Source: Auanema rhodensis (Eukaryota > Animalia > Nematoda). From it: a stretch of DNA of 64,000 bases. How positions within the stretch are numbered: position 1 is the stretch's first letter; each line of letters opens with the position of its first letter. A model generated the notes under the pieces. The model searched no databases. It was not told the DNA's origin and saw nothing but the letters and a program-made list of their open reading frames with translations. The position numbers and the translations under genes are program-made. This document shows, piece after piece, positions 1-14,500 of the stretch. The stretch covers positions 7,812,001 through 7,876,000 of the forward strand of contig OZ059895.1 in NCBI GenBank assembly GCA_964057225.1. The letters are read 5' to 3'.

Positions 1-498
1 GAAACTTACTCAGTTTACTTTCATTAAATTCGTTATTGCCAAACTATATGATAAGATTAGCTTAATTTATGAGGATGTGCCGATCTTCGAACAACTTTAT
101 GTGGTGATTTGTGATGCATGAAAATGACTCTTCATCTCATCGAGTCATCAGAATTGTCAACAGTATTTCTTGATGGAGGGTTAAATGGCGCCAAATATCC
201 ATATTCCCTCACCACCCGTTATTTCTAATAAGATATATAGATGACATAACATGAGAACGTTCGTTAGTAACAGAAACAATACTAGTTGATGAGTGAATTC
301 CAAATAATAGTCATAGCAGCACCATAAGTAAACGAAACGCTTTACTTCTACTGGTCAACTGAGAAGATGAGTTAGTAGTGTTGAAATAGAAGTAGATTTT
401 AGAATGCGCTTTAACAGAATATTACGCCTAAAGGATGAAAAACAAAAAATATCCAATTATTTGATCAATCTCTGTTAAAAAAAAACAAATTCTTTCAG

Positions 499-1519
499 GC
501 AAGTCGAAAAATTGGTCACTGGTGGTCGAGTACGCTTGAACGACGATGTCTGCACTAAGAAATCATACAACGTTAGATTCTTTAATTTTATTTTTAATTT
601 CGTCTTCTCCTAAAAAATCACCTGATTCGACACAAAAATTGCAATATATGTGATTACTTTACAAGTTCTTGGATGCCGTCGTATGCTTTGCTATTTTCTT
701 TTCCCCTTTGCTTACTCAGATGACGTTATTGATATTGAAAATTCATAGTCAAGCTTCTCAGTAAGGTTTTCTAGTTAACCTCATTAGTTTGACCTCGTTC
801 TATCTAATGAGCATCATATTCATCTGTAAAGGCGCGGTTGGTGATCAAATTACTGACCAAATCGAACTACCGTGAAGAAGAACATTGTATTTACATTATC
901 TCTTCAGTTATTTAAAAAAGTAGAAGTTGACTGTTGAATGATGTTTTGCATTTGGGAACTCAATATTCACCCACATTAAGTTATTTTTAAATCAAGTAGA
1001 GAGGAAGCGAGATCTGGTGTTAGAACTCAAAGGATAAGCAAATCCGTTCACAATTATATTACGAGGGAGGGGTAACAACTTAGCTAGAAACAATACAATC
1101 TAAAAATCAATGGCAAATTATTGGAAAAGGAAAAGTAGCTGGTTTGTGAATTTTTTAGGAAGTCAGCTTTTTAGTTTTTTGTCGGCTTCTGTGTAAACAT
1201 TTCCCACTGTTTATGAAAACAGCAAACTTTTTTATGAGAATAATGTTCTGATTTTTGCTAATTATATCGGAGATGTTTAATGCTCTTTGAATCATTTAGG
1301 TTCAACGTGAGGACGTCATCGACGTTTGGGCAGGCCCGTTCCCAGAAAACAAAGAATTAGCAGAAGTTGAAAGAACTGAGGTTGTCTTATAAGGTTAGAC
1401 TTGGAGTTTAATCATTTTCTAATCAGATTGTGGATTATGATATAACAGATAAAGGATATGAATATACCGTTAAATCATGGAAGAAATTTGTGGTTCCGAA
1501 CTGGCGCGGTGGATCTTAG
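499..1519 (+). CDS. 3' part of an S4-like RNA-binding protein, MTRES1/C6orf203-like (5' exons lie before the window)
   Basis: Exons 499-571, 1300-1380 and 1427-1519 (GT-AG, phases compatible) give QVEKLVTGGRVRLNDDVCTKKSYN-VQREDVIDVWAGPFPENKELAEVERTE-IVDYDITDKGYEYTVKSWKKFVVPNWRGGS*. The GRVRLN..KKS..V...D.ID pattern is S4-domain-like. The family call is by recollection. Confidence 0.7.
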
Positions 1520-2050
1520 GACATATACAATTAGCACTTTACAATTATATTACTTAGATTTAGATTTTTTTATATTTTTCTTTTATTTTTTTGTTTTTCT
1601 GTTTTGCTGCGTTTATATGTTAATGAAAACTGACAACGCATCGTTGTAGTTAAACTAGTGATGGCATAGCTCCGCAAATTTCAACATTAGAGCTAATGGG
1701 AGGTCGAAGGTCTGCCTTCTGAAGCAATCGTAGCTTATCCTTTGTTTTTCGTCGTTGAAGCTCACTAACCAACTATAGAAGCTATTCTGAATACGCAAAT
1801 GGATGGTGAAACATAGATAAAGAGAGCGCTGGTGGGCTCATTAGCTATAACCGTATTTCTCATTTAGTTATTTGTCTCATGCCATCCTTATCTTCCTAAT
1901 TTTTCAAATTATTTGAAAAGGCCATCTTTACTTATATCCTTTTTCGAAGTATATAAATTAAAAAAGAGGTAACTTCCCTTCAGTTACAGCCTAGGCCTAG
2001 GCAAGACTTAGACAACCGTGAAGAAACATGGACACAGAAGCAATGTGTCT

Positions 2051-2058
2051 TGACGTCA
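2051..2058. promoter_or_regulatory. Canonical CRE (TGACGTCA) upstream of nlp-15
   Basis: Perfect palindromic CRE about 160 nt upstream of the TTTTCAG acceptor (~2211-2217) that precedes the ATG at 2240. Confidence 0.4.
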
Positions 2059-2239
2059 TCTCTTTCAACTGAGGACACGAACTGACTCCGCCTTCAAACA
2101 AGCTCAATTCCAACTGGGCATAGGGGGAGGAGTTGTGATAGATCCTTTTCTTCTGCTCTCTTCCCTTCCCTTCTCTCTATTTCGTATCAGAGCTTGAAAA
2201 GGTCTGTCTCTTTTCAGCTTCATTTCATACTGAGACACG

Positions 2240-5200
2240 ATGGTGGAGATGGTTGCTGTTTCTAACTACGCCAGAATACTTATTCTTCTTGCTTGCACCG
2301 TAAGTCAATCTTATTCATATTTCTCCTCATTCTGTTTGAGTTTTTTCTTCTGTTTCTTATTGCCAAATATCTCTTGTGTATTCTTCTTCCCTATTAGCAT
2401 GATTAAGAGATATCGTGATCTTGTCATCTTAACCAGGTGAATCTTATTCTCTGGATCCATGTTTCTTATGGAGATATTAGCAGTCGGAAGATATTTGACC
2501 TCAGGTCTCGTGGACCTTGTGTTTTCGAAAAATTAGTTTTCGTCTCATTGCTCCTTCATTCTCAATCATTGGACGACCTCCTGAGGTTCAATTGGTGTCT
2601 TTTCGATCAGAAAATGTCTTTTCGACGTATAAAGCATAAGATCAAGAGATAGCTCCTATCCATTTTGCCGTCACTACATCGTTGGTCTAATGAAAACTCT
2701 CTGGCATGTAAGCTGATTTCCTTGTCGTTAATTTTCGCTCTTTTTCCATCAAATTGAAATCTTTTATAGATTAAGAAAGAGTAGAAGTGGAATAGAGAAG
2801 TATAAGAGGAATATTTTGTTCCTGTTTGTTTCCTATCCATTTTAGAGCCAACTCGAAGTAGTGATTGGACTAATATCGTTTGATCCAGCTAGTCAAAATA
2901 ATTATTTATAACCAAATCAAAATGCATATAATTTCTTTGAACATATGAAAACGGAGAGAAGAAAAATTTTGTTGCTGGCTTAAGAGAAAGAGCTGCTGCT
3001 CGTTGTCTTTTTTGCTCATTATTTCATGCTTGGAGATTTGTGTGGAACCCAGGAAAAAAACGGCAGAAAAAAAGGCCTTTTAACGACATTAGTGGCACTT
3101 TTTCTAAACGTTTTAAGCGCGAATGGTCAAGTCTTAGAATCCTGAAACAGCAGATAACGTTCAAAACTTCTCTGCAGGAGAACAAAGACATTAAGACAAA
3201 TAAGTATATGAATCCATTACAATTTTAATGTTTCTTTACCCCCATTTCATCCTAAACTAATAAGTTTTGCTTTTGATAGCTTCAATTGAATACCAATTAG
3301 TACACTACTGAATGTTGAAATTCAGAAACTTGTATTTATTCAAAACTGCACATGGGGACAAAATATTTAGAGCATACCTAAATGAGTTCATTTTTAAGAA
3401 AAAAAAGTGATGCCACGTGAACGTGAAAGCAAGTAGAAATAAAAACAAACTAAACTTTAGTGGATTATCTTGCATCTTCCTAATGAAGTAGGCACTTCAA
3501 ATGGATTATCAAATTTTCAATTGGTATCTCAATAGAAATTATTCATATGATTGCTCAACACAATCGTTTTCAGATATGCACAAAACAAAGTATGTTTGAA
3601 ACAACTGAAATTCTTTTTTTTTACAATTCCTTCATAATTATTATCAGTTTTTGTTGATTAGATCATATAAACAGGCACATATATACAAATATAATTTATA
3701 TAATATAACTATTTATTCTTAGACATTAAATACACCTTTTAAATTTCAAATAATGCATTATTTGAAATGAGTATTTATGATTGATTGACTTCCTCGAGTT
3801 TTCAAATGACTAATATTGTTTTTTTTTAGCACCTAAAAACACTTTTTCATATTATCCATGAATAGAATATATAACACAAAACAAAATAATTCAAAAAATT
3901 AGTTAAATCAAAGTTATACAAATTTTCTCCAACCCTCCCACCCCCGCCGAAAAGGCCTTATTCAATTCTCGTCTTCTGATATAGAGTGCGTTCTATATTT
4001 ACTTTTTGCATTTCGTTACTACTTCTTAATCTGTTTCCCTACTATCTTTATGCCATTCAGGATGGTTTAGTATAAGCTATGTTGACTTATAACTTTTATA
4101 AATAGTTTCTTATGTTTCAAGAATATCAATTGAAACTCGGAAACTTTATTCATGACGACAACATGCATTCTGAACTTTAAATTTAGAAAAAAAAGTTTGT
4201 GTTGTATCTGTAATTATGCTTTCTAGAAAGCTAATCCAAAATATTTTTCATTCATCGCATCTCACACGCTGGGTAACGGAATGCTGGAAGAAAATTTGGA
4301 AAATGACTACTAAACTCTATTGAAAACCTGATGGCAATGAAGTAAAATGTGTATGCCCCTGCATACTTGTTTTTCTTATAAACACAACAAGGATCTCATT
4401 AAAAGAAGTTGTCGAAATAATTTCAAATCAAAACATTATTATATCCTCAACGTGTTGTATTTATAATTAACTTATAATTCCAAGAATGCAAAATTTTTTC
4501 ATTTTATAGAGAAAAGATATGTTTTTTCTCATTTTCAAATCTTTTTGTAAGTGCTTTGACCGAATACCTTTAAATGTCCTTTGCTTTTCGAAAATAAGCA
4601 TCATTTGATGGAAAAAATCTAGAATTTATGATACAGCTTTTATTTTGAGCACAACAATTTTTTAAAACATTCAGAAGGACAGAAAAACTAAGAAAATTTG
4701 CAAAAAATTGAGATTCTCTTCTTTTAAATTACGCAAAATGTGTCCCTGGTGAATAATTAATTTAATCTTTTAAATGCTATGTTGAAGGTAATCTTTAAAA
4801 AAAATTTTTTTCGAGCTAACTTTACTAATATATGCTAAAACAATGGGTTATATATATATATATATATATATAATTATTAAAACAACTTCTGGATAAATGA
4901 GCACGAAAAATGGTTTGTTTGTTTGCCTCGAAATCAACATTTAAAATAGTCGACGACTTATTTGCGTGTCGTAATTCAACTAGATCTGCTTTTTCTCTAT
5001 ATATCAATTATAATAATATTTAAATATAAAGAGAAAAAGAAAAAGTTTAATATAAATATGTTTGTTATGATGTAATAAGCAATTTATAATATAATATTAT
5101 ATCATATACATAATATTCCCACGATGCTAAACTAAATGAACAGCATAGTTTTTTTTTCTCAAAAGAAAGAGAAAGAATACAAAAAAAAACATAATTTATC

Positions 5201-5609
5201 ATATGCTACTTCCAAATTTTACTTAATTTTTCAGCATTTTCTCACTACTGACCGTCAAAACAAAAAGTATTCAGTTTACATGTATAACTTATAACAATAG
5301 CATATCTTCCTTTTCACCTTTTAACTCAACTTTCAACGTAGAGTAAAAGTTTTTTTGTTCCGCTTCGGAAAGGTAATTCTGTTGAACGACATTGGAATTG
5401 AAGGATGAAATAATATAAGATATATATATTATATATTAGCAGAGTTGAGCGCATAATCAGCTTCTGAAACTTAACTAAGCTAATTTTATGTTCTGAAACT
5501 CAATGTCAATTACCATCATCATACTATTGCTTTCAAGAGCATACAGAATTAACGAGAGAATATACGCTCTCTTTCTCTTTCTCACTCTTTCTCACTCTTT
5601 CTCTCTCTT

Positions 5610-5670
<61 letters not shown>

Positions 5671-7192
5671 TCACCCTTTATTTCTAATTTTGATACATAT
5701 ACAATACTAGAAATATCTTCTTTGCTATTAGACTACATCTTGTTGCAACACAATGCACAAGTGTGGTAGAAATAACTTTGAGATTAAGAGTCCATAAACG
5801 TAGGTGAGTTAATGGAATACTCTCCGCGTTGTTTTATTGCCTGAGGGTTCAGCTGTTAGTTTAGTAGTTTATGTGCTTTATAAGTCCTATTGCTATATAG
5901 CATGGAAAAACTTCTGCATAAATCTCCTTATATTTTTTTTTTGAATTCTTTAGGGTGTTGACGATGTGCGAACAGTCTTAGTTTATATCCTCTTACAAAT
6001 TTTAAGAACTTGCGTCATAACTTTACTAAAAAAAGTTTTTTCTCCAAAATTTTTATAAAAAGCACTACTATATCTGCATAGATAATATTCCAAAAATATA
6101 GTACAATGAGGTTTTAAAACAATATTTGAATTTTTAGGCTGCTGTTCTATGTGCTCCAACGCTTGACAGTACTTCAAGGCATAAACGCTCATTTGATTCT
6201 TTCGTAAGTAATTAGAGTCACTTTCAGACTTTCAAAATGTTTTAAAGTTATAAAAGAACACTCTGAACTTTTAAATGTTTTTACTGCTTATAAAATTTTC
6301 ATTTTCAGACAGGGGCCGGCTTTACTGGGTTGGATAAGAGGTCATTCGATTCATTTGTAAGTTAAATCTTCAAAAGAAAAAAAAAGCATTATATTATAGA
6401 CTGGAGCAGGATTTACTGGTTTGGATAAAAGGGCATTTGATTCTCTGGTTTGTTTAATTTCCTTATATTGCATGAACATTTATCAATTGGCATCCCTCAC
6501 TTCCGAATTTTCTGACAACATACAATCTTCTTTTCAATTTTTTTAGCAAAATTTTCTGGAATGATAGCTTTGAAGCCTCACAGTTTTTATAAAAAGTAAA
6601 AAGATTAATTTCAGGCTGGATCTGGTTTAACTCCATTCAATAAGCGTGCTTTTGACAATTTTGGTTCAGGTAGATTCGGTGGATTTGACAAAAGGGCATT
6701 TGATTCAATGGTACGTTTTTAAAAAATTAGCAGGGTACTTTACACTGTGAAGCATAGCATTTCAAATTTTTTAAAATATTGAAATATTAAAAGTAAAAAA
6801 TAGGGTAAACAACACGAACAACCCAACACTTCTTAAAACAAGCTTAAAACGAATGAAAATTCAGTCAATATGCAAAGTAATAAGTAAAAAAGTGAAAAAG
6901 TATTAGTATTAGCATTGTGCACAGGATGAATTCCATTGAAAATATCAAAGCAGAACATATTTAGAAAAATTAAGCAGTTTATATTTGAACATAAAATGAT
7001 TGAAAACCAAATGTGCAAAAATAGAAAGATTGATATATTATATTTAAACTAATATTCAGGCTGGTCATGGATTTTCCGGTTTCGATAAGAGAGCTTTTGA
7101 CTCATTGGTACGTTTCATTCGAAATATAAATAACAAATTATTCTTTTTAGGCAGGCAGTGGATTTGAAGCTTTCAACAAAAGATCCATGTGA
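2240..7192 (+). CDS. nlp-15: Orcokinin-like neuropeptide precursor NLP-15 (135 aa, six 14-mer peptides)
   Basis: Exons 2240-2299, 6138-6203, 6309-6356, 6400-6447, 6615-6710, 7060-7107, 7151-7192, all phase-0 GT-AG. Signal peptide MVEMVAVSNYARILILLACTAAVLC is followed by KR-flanked SFDSFTGAGFTGLD x2, AFDSLAGSGLTPFN, AFDNFGSGRFGGFD, AFDSMAGHGFSGFD and AFDSLAGSGFEAFN. The AFDSLAGSGF motif is the NLP-15 signature. Confidence 0.92.
5567..5666. repeat. (CT)n microsatellite in nlp-15 intron 1
   Basis: Direct reading; imperfect then pure CT run. Confidence 0.95.
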
Positions 7193-8556
7193 AGAAGAAA
7201 TACTACAACATTACGTGAGTACTCTGACAGCTAATTAACAGCAATAACATGAATGTTACAGATAGCTTGTAGATGTGGTCATATCTCCTCTTCTCAGAAA
7301 AATTACACCGAAAACCACCTTTGATCTCAACTAAGCAAATAGACGAATATCCGGAAATTGATTTGTGAAGGATTATGTAATTATGTGTGAAAATGAAAGA
7401 TTGTTAACATATTAAAGAAAAAACAAGACAAAGATAGAATCTGTTTTATTTTTACAAAGAAAGTATACCCATACTCAAAGAATTTTATAGCTCTGCTAAA
7501 GAGTGATGATATGAAGACGGCTGTTTTAAAAAAAGGTTGATCATCGAGGTATTCCCGTGACGATATAAGGCATTTAAAAATTGACAATTCACAAAAAACT
7601 AAAATCAACGGTGGGGTTAGAACTCAAACATAGATGGTATATCACAAGGAGAAATATATGAAATAGAAAATCGTGAACAATCATGAAGTATGAACCAATT
7701 TATGACTATGGAGTATAACTTTTCCTATATCTTACCTTCCACTTCATTTTTATACACATAGCTGCACATTTCTCCATTTGCAACCTTATGACAAGTAGGC
7801 CAAAATATACACCTAAAGAAAGACAGTAACAAGAAAGTTAATAGGAATTACCTGTCTGGATCAGAGTAGCAAATCAAACCCAAAGCGATAAAAAAGACAA
7901 GAGAGCATATATGACAAGGTCTGAATAATCAAAACATAGGAAACATTAGATGATTTGAATAATTAAAATAATAGTTATAACAAAAACCTACCTTCTTTCT
8001 AAAAAGAAACCAATGATATAAAACCACATAAATAAAGCTTGTTCAAGTAAAAATGAAGGATGAAGCCAGTGTTTAGGTATAAGTAAAACTGGTATTAACC
8101 ATTGAAGACAATACATATCTAGAAACTCTTATTTCTTTAAAAAGCTTACAATTATTATATTCGAAAACCAAACTTATTTTCAATTCAAAAAATATATAAA
8201 ACTTTTACAATATTTTAAAATAATAAAATTCAACCACCATGTCAGTAGACGCTGTTAAACAGAGTGCGCATCAGTTGTCAACATTAAAATTCATATGTAC
8301 AGAAAACAATATCACTGTATTAATGTATTATTTATGTATTATTTATGAATAATTTGTTTAATTTCTTTGCAAGACAAAATTGTAATAAGAGAAAAGCTTT
8401 ATTGCACATATGTTTAAAACAATATAAATATGTAGATGAGATCATATTATCGGCTAGTAGCAACTGGAAAGGTTTGAGAGCACCCGATTGAGCAAAAGTT
8501 GTTAAAAACATCTCATATATTGCTGCTGAACGAGATTGTCAATGAGCTGTGTTGCG

Positions 8557-11500
8557 TTAAAACTTCAAAGCCGACATTGGCACTTCAATACTTGGGAGAG
8601 ATTGACGTGAAGCCAACATTAATTTTCGCTGAAAATATTACGTTTAACTAATTTGCTATTCTTCGGAAAGTCTTTAGTACCTGCTCATGATGTCCTAATT
8701 TGATCTTTTCTACAACGAAAGCAACGATAAGAGCCCAAGCTTTTCGTACAGTTTCTGATCGACATCTGAAAAATACACATTAATAAGCATTTTTAATAAT
8801 TGAAAGCTCAATAGTATACTGTATGTTGGACTGAACTAGTACCTTTTGTCGCCCCATTCAAGAGTACAATCAATGAATGTTTCTGCTACAATATTCCAAA
8901 GTTTTCCTAAAATTAAAATAAATTCTCTTGAGATACAAGTTTGAGAAAGAATTTTAGTCAATTTCTATTAGTTCATTAAATAGATTGAAGTTATCTCTTT
9001 TTATAAATATTAACCTGTTAATTCTCCTCTCAATAAACGGGCATGCACTTTTCCTATTCTCATCAGCTCATCCGTCATCACTTCCAAATTATACAAATTG
9101 TCAACAACCTGAAAAAAGTATAATTTTCATAATTTTAATCATAATATTGACTTATCAGTACAGAATAATTTAACAAAGTATATTTATGTGAACAGTTCAT
9201 ATTTACTTTTATATGTGCTTCAAGTTAAAATTTGCTTTTTCTTTTTATATTTGCATATAGCTCAAACGGTTGTGTTCATCTTAAATACCTCATGCACATT
9301 TTCTTGCAAAATATTTGAAATAGGCATTATTTGTTTTTATTCACAAACCTGATCAATAAGTTCGGCCATAGCTTTACTATGAGCTTTAATGAAACTGTCA
9401 TGATTTTGAAATTTAGGTGGCAAAGGAACACGTCGAATTTGTTCTTTAACCTACAATATCATAACATATTATAAATACAATAGATTATATGCATAATTAT
9501 ATTGTATGGTATAAACATACCACTGGACTTTTGAAGCATAATCTATGATAAATACTTTGACCAATAACAGTTGGTCCTTTTGTTGTGAATACTTGACGCC
9601 AAAGAGATCTGAAAAAATAATATCAACATTGAGACAATTCCTTTTATTTCTTTTATTCTTACCGAACCAGATGAATTTGAGCTTGAGTTAAAGGAATGAT
9701 AGTTGTGCTCGTACGTCTTCCACACATAGAATGGACAATCTGTAATTAGAACGTGTTATGAAGCGTGTTATAGAAATTGAGACTCACTTGAACATTGCTT
9801 TGTCGACGTTGAGCCATCAGATTTTGACGAGCTTTCTCGCTGGCCGAGTTGCGGCGTGATGCCGTTGCGGTCTCACCATTGGCTGGGATTTCAAAGCTGA
9901 TCTTAAACTTGTCCATATCAGTCCAGTTAAGAAATATTTATTATTTCAAAATAAAAAAAATCTAGATTTTGAATAATCTGAATTCTTTTTATTTATCCGG
10001 ATTTTGTGGAACACCATTAAAAGGTATCGCGTACTCTTTATTTACTAAGATTCGAAAGGCTTTATTTTCAAGAAGAAATCTTTCAAAATCCTTCTAGATA
10101 TCGGATGATTTATATTGTTTTAGAGGAAATAGTTGAAACTAAAATATCGCTGAAAACTAACCGAATATGGCTGATCTTTCAAAATAGGTGCACGTTTGTT
10201 CTCAGTCATTGAACTCATCGTTGTGGTTGTTGCTGATGTTGGGGTTGTAGTGGACAAGCTATTTGCAGTTGAATTAATAGACTGATAATCGGAAAAATTT
10301 GTTGATGGAGTTGTTGTGGCTAAAACGTTTGTCCACTCGATTTCTGGAGGAGGAACAGGTGAACGTCGGTCGTCAAAAAGTATCCGCTGTGGAGATTCGG
10401 CTTCAAATGAGACGTGAACCTGAAGCAATAGCATAAGACGTCATATTGTTGTATACGAGGAAAGCTTGTTAAGAGGCAATACTTAATTTGTTATTTTTTT
10501 TGTTGCCGCATGGAAAGGAGAAGAGAAATTTCTTCAGCAGACCACCGTTATGCTTATTTTATTTCAATTTTTAACAAAATAATGTAATAAAACAAAAAGA
10601 TACAAGGCAAAAATAAATTTATAGCAATAGAAAGACTAAATAAATATAAAATTGAGCTCATATGCAAGAATAGTGGCTACCACACCAGCTGGTTTTATTC
10701 CGGCAACTGAGTTGAATAGTGGTAAAAGTCCGTAAAAATTTGCTGATAACAATGAGAAAATACGAAAAAAAGGTCCAAAAACCATGAATCAAGTCGTTTC
10801 AAAAGATTCTATAGATATCCAAAAGATATTCGATATGTTATATAAATATTTGAAAATTTAAAAATTATTTTAAAACTATACTTTGCATATTATTTCTCAA
10901 CTCATACATTTGAAGCTATCATTTTGAACTATGCTATAATGGTCAGAAAGGAAACGATTGCAAACCCTAACAAGCAAAGTTCATGTATTTCAGTTTTCCA
11001 TAAAAAAAGAAAAGAAGATTCAGTTTGTAACATGACTGCTTGCGTGCTTAATGACTTCCTTCCAAAAGTTGTGACAAACTTCATTAGTATCTTGTAGAAA
11101 AAAATTTAAAATTTAAAAAATGGGTGATCAACTAAGATTTTTGAAATAAAAAAAGATTAACATTGTTTTGTTTTATAAGTGATATATATTTGTTCTCACA
11201 AGAAAAAGAAATTATAGACCCTAAAAAGAATTTTAGCTGTGAAACTGAGGATAAGGGCAAATACATATGTAAGTTGGGATGTGCATTTCAAAAAAGTTGG
11301 TTTAAAAGAACCCTTTTGAGCCTACTTACATATAAAAAATTTGTTTCATGAATGGTTGTGGGTAAATCAGGTTTATCTGTCTCATATGAATTTATACAGC
11401 TTTTCATAAATAAAGAAAATCGAACACGAAAACTCTTATGCAACTAAAGGCAAAAAGGAAGTTTGCCTTCACTCAATGCAACAACGAATACAATTTATTT

Positions 11501-14500
11501 TAAAACAAAGATTAGCAAAAAATGTATGCAGAAAAAAAGATATTTTCATATAAATTAACTGAATATTCTAAATTTATACTGTGAAATGAAGAAGTGACGG
11601 TGATTTTATTAGATGAATAATGAGATTTGATGTTAGATGTTTCACTTTTTTTGGTTCGAAAATGAAAAATTAACAAAGAAAGAACCGAATATTCATAGGA
11701 TTTCAGATATTCAATCATTTGACTTTCTGCATATTTATTAATAAAATGAAAATGAAAGGATTAGTTTGCTATATTTACAATTTTTACTTCCATATGTAGA
11801 TTAAGTAATAAAAACATCCGTAAATTAATTATCAGTATATAAGAGGGAAATATAAATTATACTTAACTTAAAGAATATTATTAAAATTTGCAAAAAAAAA
11901 GTTACTAATTTATTGGAGAATTTGAGGCTAAGCAATATGCCTAAAGTGCTCAGCTGCAAGTGTTGACCAGAGTTTCAAGCACACATTTGAATACATATAT
12001 ATATATGTGTAGCAGGCTATGAAATGGTTAGATTTAAAATTCAAACATTGAAATAGAAAAAAAAAACAAAAAAGTTGAAAAATCAAAATCAAAAATCATT
12101 AATAAATATTTCAAATCATATGCAGTAATTGAGACTAAACAGTAGAAGGAGATGCAAAAGTGTAGGAGGGATATCCTCTAGACAACACACAAAGAAAAAA
12201 GGAAAAAGAAAGAGAAAAGATTGTAATTTAATAAATAATAAGACATACTAATTGATCATAGATTATCACATGGTCAAAGATTATGTGATATATGTATGTA
12301 TCAATGACATTCATTTTATATAAATTATGTCTTATCATGAATTTTCTTGAACATCACTTCATGAGTAAACCCATGTCGATCAAGATAATATAATGCACTA
12401 ACATTGAATAATTGTAACTTTTTTTAAAAAAAAAAAGTATTTTGAAAAATCACATATTTTCGGTATAAAGTATCAAATTTATCAAAAAAAAAATTATATG
12501 TTTTTATAAATATACTATTACACTAAATATTTATCTAAAATGTTTCTTCTAATATAATTTATCTAGATGTAATATAAACCGCAAAGCACGTGATTTTTCA
12601 TTAATTATTCAAAATGATTAAAAAACGGACGAACCTCTGGAATTTGAAATCGTATTCTATGCTGATTTTTTCTTGCTCCTCTCGGAGTTGCTTTAGGTGT
12701 AGCAGGTGATAATCTGCAAAATTTAGATGTAACCAAATGAGCAACTAAATTCTATTCTATCTATATACACGTAGATAACTGTATAACTATATGTATATAT
12801 CTTTATAATTAAATTTATATTACATTGTATCCTTATAACTCACTTATCTAGGAATGGATTCGGGCTGTTATCATCCAAATCGGGTGCCGGAACGGGATAG
12901 GTATCGCTTGCTCGATCACGAAACGACTGCCGTCGAACCTGAAGTATTATTAGTATTAGTAATTTATATACGAATGATAATTGTTAAAAATTGAATAATA
13001 TTTAACAAATTGATAATAATAATAATATTTTCGTAATAAAAATAAAATTTTTCTACATTTGTATGGAATTAATAGTATGACTAAAGATTAAAAGATTGTA
13101 TTTATGACATAAGTGAAATACATGTCGCACTTGCTCTTTCATCTTTGATATTTTTCTTTTTATTTCTTTATTCTCTTAAATATTCTTCTGAATCCTCATT
13201 TCTTATTTTCTCTTTCTCTCTCTCTATCTCTCTTTCTCTCTCTCTCTCTCTCGCTCTCTCTCTCTCTCTTCTAAAGTGATCATGACTTTATATCTTTTTC
13301 TTTTCTTTAATATTCAACTAAGTTTATCAATATTCATCCAAAGTCACACTGTCTGTGTATTGCACTTTAAGGAAATATAACTTTAAAATATCATTATATA
13401 TAAGTAATTACTGATAACAATGATGTAACTTCAACTATAATTAAATTTTTAAGATTAATTATATATTTTTAAACTATACATATATGGTATAATTCTTTGA
13501 TTTTTAGAAGTACCCATTAGTTCATGTCATATGATCATAATTCCAAAAAGCTCAACTGATTATGTAAAAGTAACATTAAAGATTAAAAAAAAGAAATCGT
13601 AGGATTGCTGAAAATTAAAATGCTGCAACATTGAATTGTGATATATGTTCAGGTGTCATAAAATATAATTAAATATTTACATATACATATTTAAATAGAA
13701 TTTTATTTAAATTATTTATATGTATGAATCTTGAATTGTTAAGTGATAAATCCAATTCAAATTAAAATACATCGTTAGCATTTTGCTGATATATTGAAAT
13801 TTTTTGTTTTTTTTAAGCCGAGTTCTTAGTTGGATGCTTTGGTCTTCTATCTATATTGGTTCAGTGGCTCAAGTCCCGTACTTGGCGAAGCCTGGCTAAT
13901 ACTGGGACAGCACACGCACCAGTAAGAGTTGATGCGAGGAATGAAGAACTCAAATTAAACTTTTCTTCACATCTCAGTATCATCAATGAAAAATCAAAAT
14001 TTGAATTTATGATTCAAATTAAATACATAACTTGTATGTATACAATATAATAAATAATAATAATAATAATAAATTAATATAGAATTTGAAATTATGAAGA
14101 AGGTGAATAGAGATACATAGATAAAGAGAATATTACTTTGGTTTGATGAGTAGATAGAAGGATGCCACTCACTGACATGTTACTATGCTCATATAACCTC
14201 TCTAAGATCTAAAGAGATCTAGTATTATTTAAAGAATATGGTGTAAGAATGATTGATATATGTATACCGTTTCAAGTTTAATCAGTATTTAATATTACAA
14301 TCAAGTTTTATTAAACTTTAAAACTTTAAATGAAATATATATATAGTATAGAGTGAATATATAAATATATTAAATATTTAAATTTGTATTGATTTAAATA
14401 AAAATGAAAAATAATCAAAATTTCAAAAGTTTCTGTTATAAATAAAATAATTATTACTAATCTTATAATTATAAATTAATTAATGTTATAAGCTTACCTC

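Noticed and set aside
6138-7192. Regularly interspaced 48-nt repeats resembling a CRISPR-like array
   Set aside because: The repeats are coding exons of nlp-15 with GT-AG boundaries and synonymous divergence; the DNA is eukaryotic and no cas genes are present.
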